The translations under genes were made by a program, and so were the position numbers. Positions 61,863-64,000 of a DNA stretch of 64,000 bases are shown in pieces (within the stretch, counting starts at the first letter, position 1; each line of letters starts with the position of its first letter). The notes under the pieces are model-generated. The model did no database searches and was not told the origin of the DNA. It saw only the letters and a program-made list of their open reading frames with translations. Source of the DNA: Podarcis tiliguerta. Taxonomy: Eukaryota. Where the stretch lies: NCBI GenBank assembly GCA_965153285.1, contig OZ229115.1. The stretch is one strand, 5' to 3'.

Positions 61863-64000
61863 GTAAGACTTTGGAAGTTGCTGACGTCTGTATTATGCGC
61901 TCATCTTACTTCTGCCTCTTGGCAGCATTGCGGACAAATCATCAAACAGATCGTTCCCAACACCGCTCCTCGTTTCTTCCATACTTGAAAACAATTTTGA
62001 CACTTTCCCATTCCAGGGCAAGACTTTATCCAGCGTCGGAAGCTATTTTTGTCAGGGTGATCTTCCAACACGAATCCTTTAGCTTAAGTCTGTGCTCAGT
62101 ATCTTAATCGTATGGATAGCACCAGCATTATTACATAACCTCTCAGCATTCCAAGAGGCGCAGAACACCACTAATCTCACACTCCCTCCCCCTTTCGCCT
62201 CCTGCTAGTCCTGACGTCTTTCAAATTCTCCAGAAAAGAGGAGAAACTCTTCATTCCTTTGTGTCGTTTGAAATGAACTGCACAAGTTTTATAAAAACGG
62301 CCTTTAATTTCTAGCAACATGGGCCTCCTGGTTGCTGGGTTAAATTAAGCTTGCGTTAGATTTTTGTTTTTAAAAAAAAGTTGAATGCTGTCTTGGCTTC
62401 CTGCCGTGCATTATATTTGAGCAAGGAACTTGTGACACACAAGAAAATATATTGATTCTATACAACCATATATGGCTATAGGTAGGGAAGATGTTTATTC
62501 TGATAGCATTTGGGTTTTCTGGCATTCCCTTTGTTGCTGGGCTATGGGTTTTGCCACATAATTGACCTATGAGAAATAGCTAGCAAGAGTGAGCAGCTGC
62601 TTCTAAGTCTTCAAACCTGTATCAAGTTGATGAGTCCACTAAGAGGATTAATATAAGTTTAGCAAGTGTTTCTGCCAGCGTTGTCAGCTGTATCTTCGTG
62701 TCACTTTTACTATAAATACGGGTATGTTATGTTGCTAAATGTGGGGACAGGGAGAGGACTGTGTTTGTATTTTATTTCTTGGAGTCCTTGGATGTTTTTA
62801 GATGACAACATCTCCACGCGGTACATGAAATGAAGAGCTGATTAAGACTCAGAATACACATCTCAGAACACACAAGAGATTGTGTTCCCCCAACTATAAT
62901 CTGTGTCTACCTGGAAAGTATGTGTTTCAGGAAGAAGTCTAACCTAAGAAGGGAAACCAGTAAATGCCAAGGTGGTACAGTCATGGGGAAAGACTGTATC
63001 ACACGAGTGCTAGCACTTTTCACTTACCTCCAAAGTTACCCACCACCAAGCAAGGGTAAAGGTATCGTCTATCTCTGTGCTTGCAACAATATACTGTTGC
63101 TAGGTATTTGAATCCATATGCCTCTTCAGTGCTTGCGGGTTGGAGAGGCAAAAAGTGGTAAATAATGACAATGGCAATAATAGTCTGGTAAAAGAATGTG
63201 GCACATTTTATCAGTTCCTGGTGGACAAAATCAGCATTTGGAAGAGGAAACATGGCAATGCCACACTAGTTAGACAGACATGTTTTTAGCACATTTGTAA
63301 AAATATAGAACATGTTCTGTTTTGTTCGTTGGACCAAATCAAAAGGGAAAGGAGGGGGGGGAATGTAAACCTGTGTTGTATATTTGACATCCTATAGGAA
63401 GTATAATGTTAGTCCCCTGTGTGTATTCTGAGGCAATACAGATATTTGAGAGGACTCATGAGTGTTTCCATATTACAGTGGGTTCAGTTGGTTACAGGTA
63501 CGCAGCCAGACCCTGAGTTACAGGTATACATACACATAAGTTATTGAGGGTGATAGGAAACAATGAAGTCAGAAGGAAATGAAACACAGAAAGTTCAGAG
63601 ACAGTTATGTAACTATCGCTGTCCATGCACTTTCTGCCTTTCATTTTCCTCTGACCTCACCGTTTACAATTCTCGCCTCACACACATGTACACGTTCCTG
63701 TAATTCACAATAAAACTTCATGCATCTAATGAAGTGTCGTGTACAAACGGTTTGCCAGGTGGGGTTGAGTCACCACACTAAATTCCCAGCAGATGGACCA
63801 TTTCTGCATACTGGGAAGGAAAGAAGGAATGGTGAGGTGGTGGCGAGGTCACCACAGTGCAAATGTGCTGACATGAGCACCAGATTGGCTCAGCCGGTGT
63901 GTTTGCACCATGCTGATCTCCCCATTTCCTCACCCCACCCCCTCAGTAAGCAAGAACAACCAATTGGGAAAAGTAGCCTGGCAGCTCTGACCCACCTGGC

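Noticed and set aside
63476-63520. Possible final exon 27 start (GGTTAC...)
   Set aside because: It does not translate to the expected GYSTMSPQEDSE, so the last exon must lie beyond the window.
63716-63740. Second hammerhead/Penelope-like motif CATGCATCTAATGAAGTG
   Set aside because: The core is mutated (CTAATGA) and no stem II or GAAA follows; too short to call.
1-64000. A novel multi-gene or defence-type system, CRISPR array or nested protein-coding gene
   Set aside because: The window is explained by CACHD1 exons, introns and transposon debris. I saw no repeat-spacer array and no second spliced or long ORF on either strand.

Overview
This is AT-rich vertebrate genomic DNA lying entirely inside one + strand gene, CACHD1 (VWA and Cache domain-containing protein 1, an alpha2delta-like type I membrane protein). 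I traced 23 coding exons, corresponding to human exons 3-14 and 16-26. Exon numbering and orthology come from my recall of the human protein, not from a database search. All 23 have GT-AG boundaries and open reading frames, and the splice phases are compatible at every junction except exon 14 to exon 16. Exons 1-2 should lie upstream of the window and the last exon (27) downstream. Exon 15 (182 nt expected) is not visible, and the phase mismatch points to it being hidden in the 212-N gap at 43721-43932. The introns carry a squamate-type repeat landscape (probably a lacertid lizard; inference): tRNA-derived SINEs (Squam2/Squam3-like), a 5S-derived SINE, fragments of CR1, L2, BovB, L1-like and Penelope elements, many hAT, Tc2-like and Tigger-like MITEs with visible TSDs, and microsatellites. 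Nearly all ORFs in the supplied track are spurious, or are exon plus intron read-through. I found no evidence of a new biological system. The most notable observations are the missing exon, a degenerate Penelope-borne hammerhead ribozyme motif, an internally deleted BovB copy bounded by one TSD pair, and nested transposon insertions.
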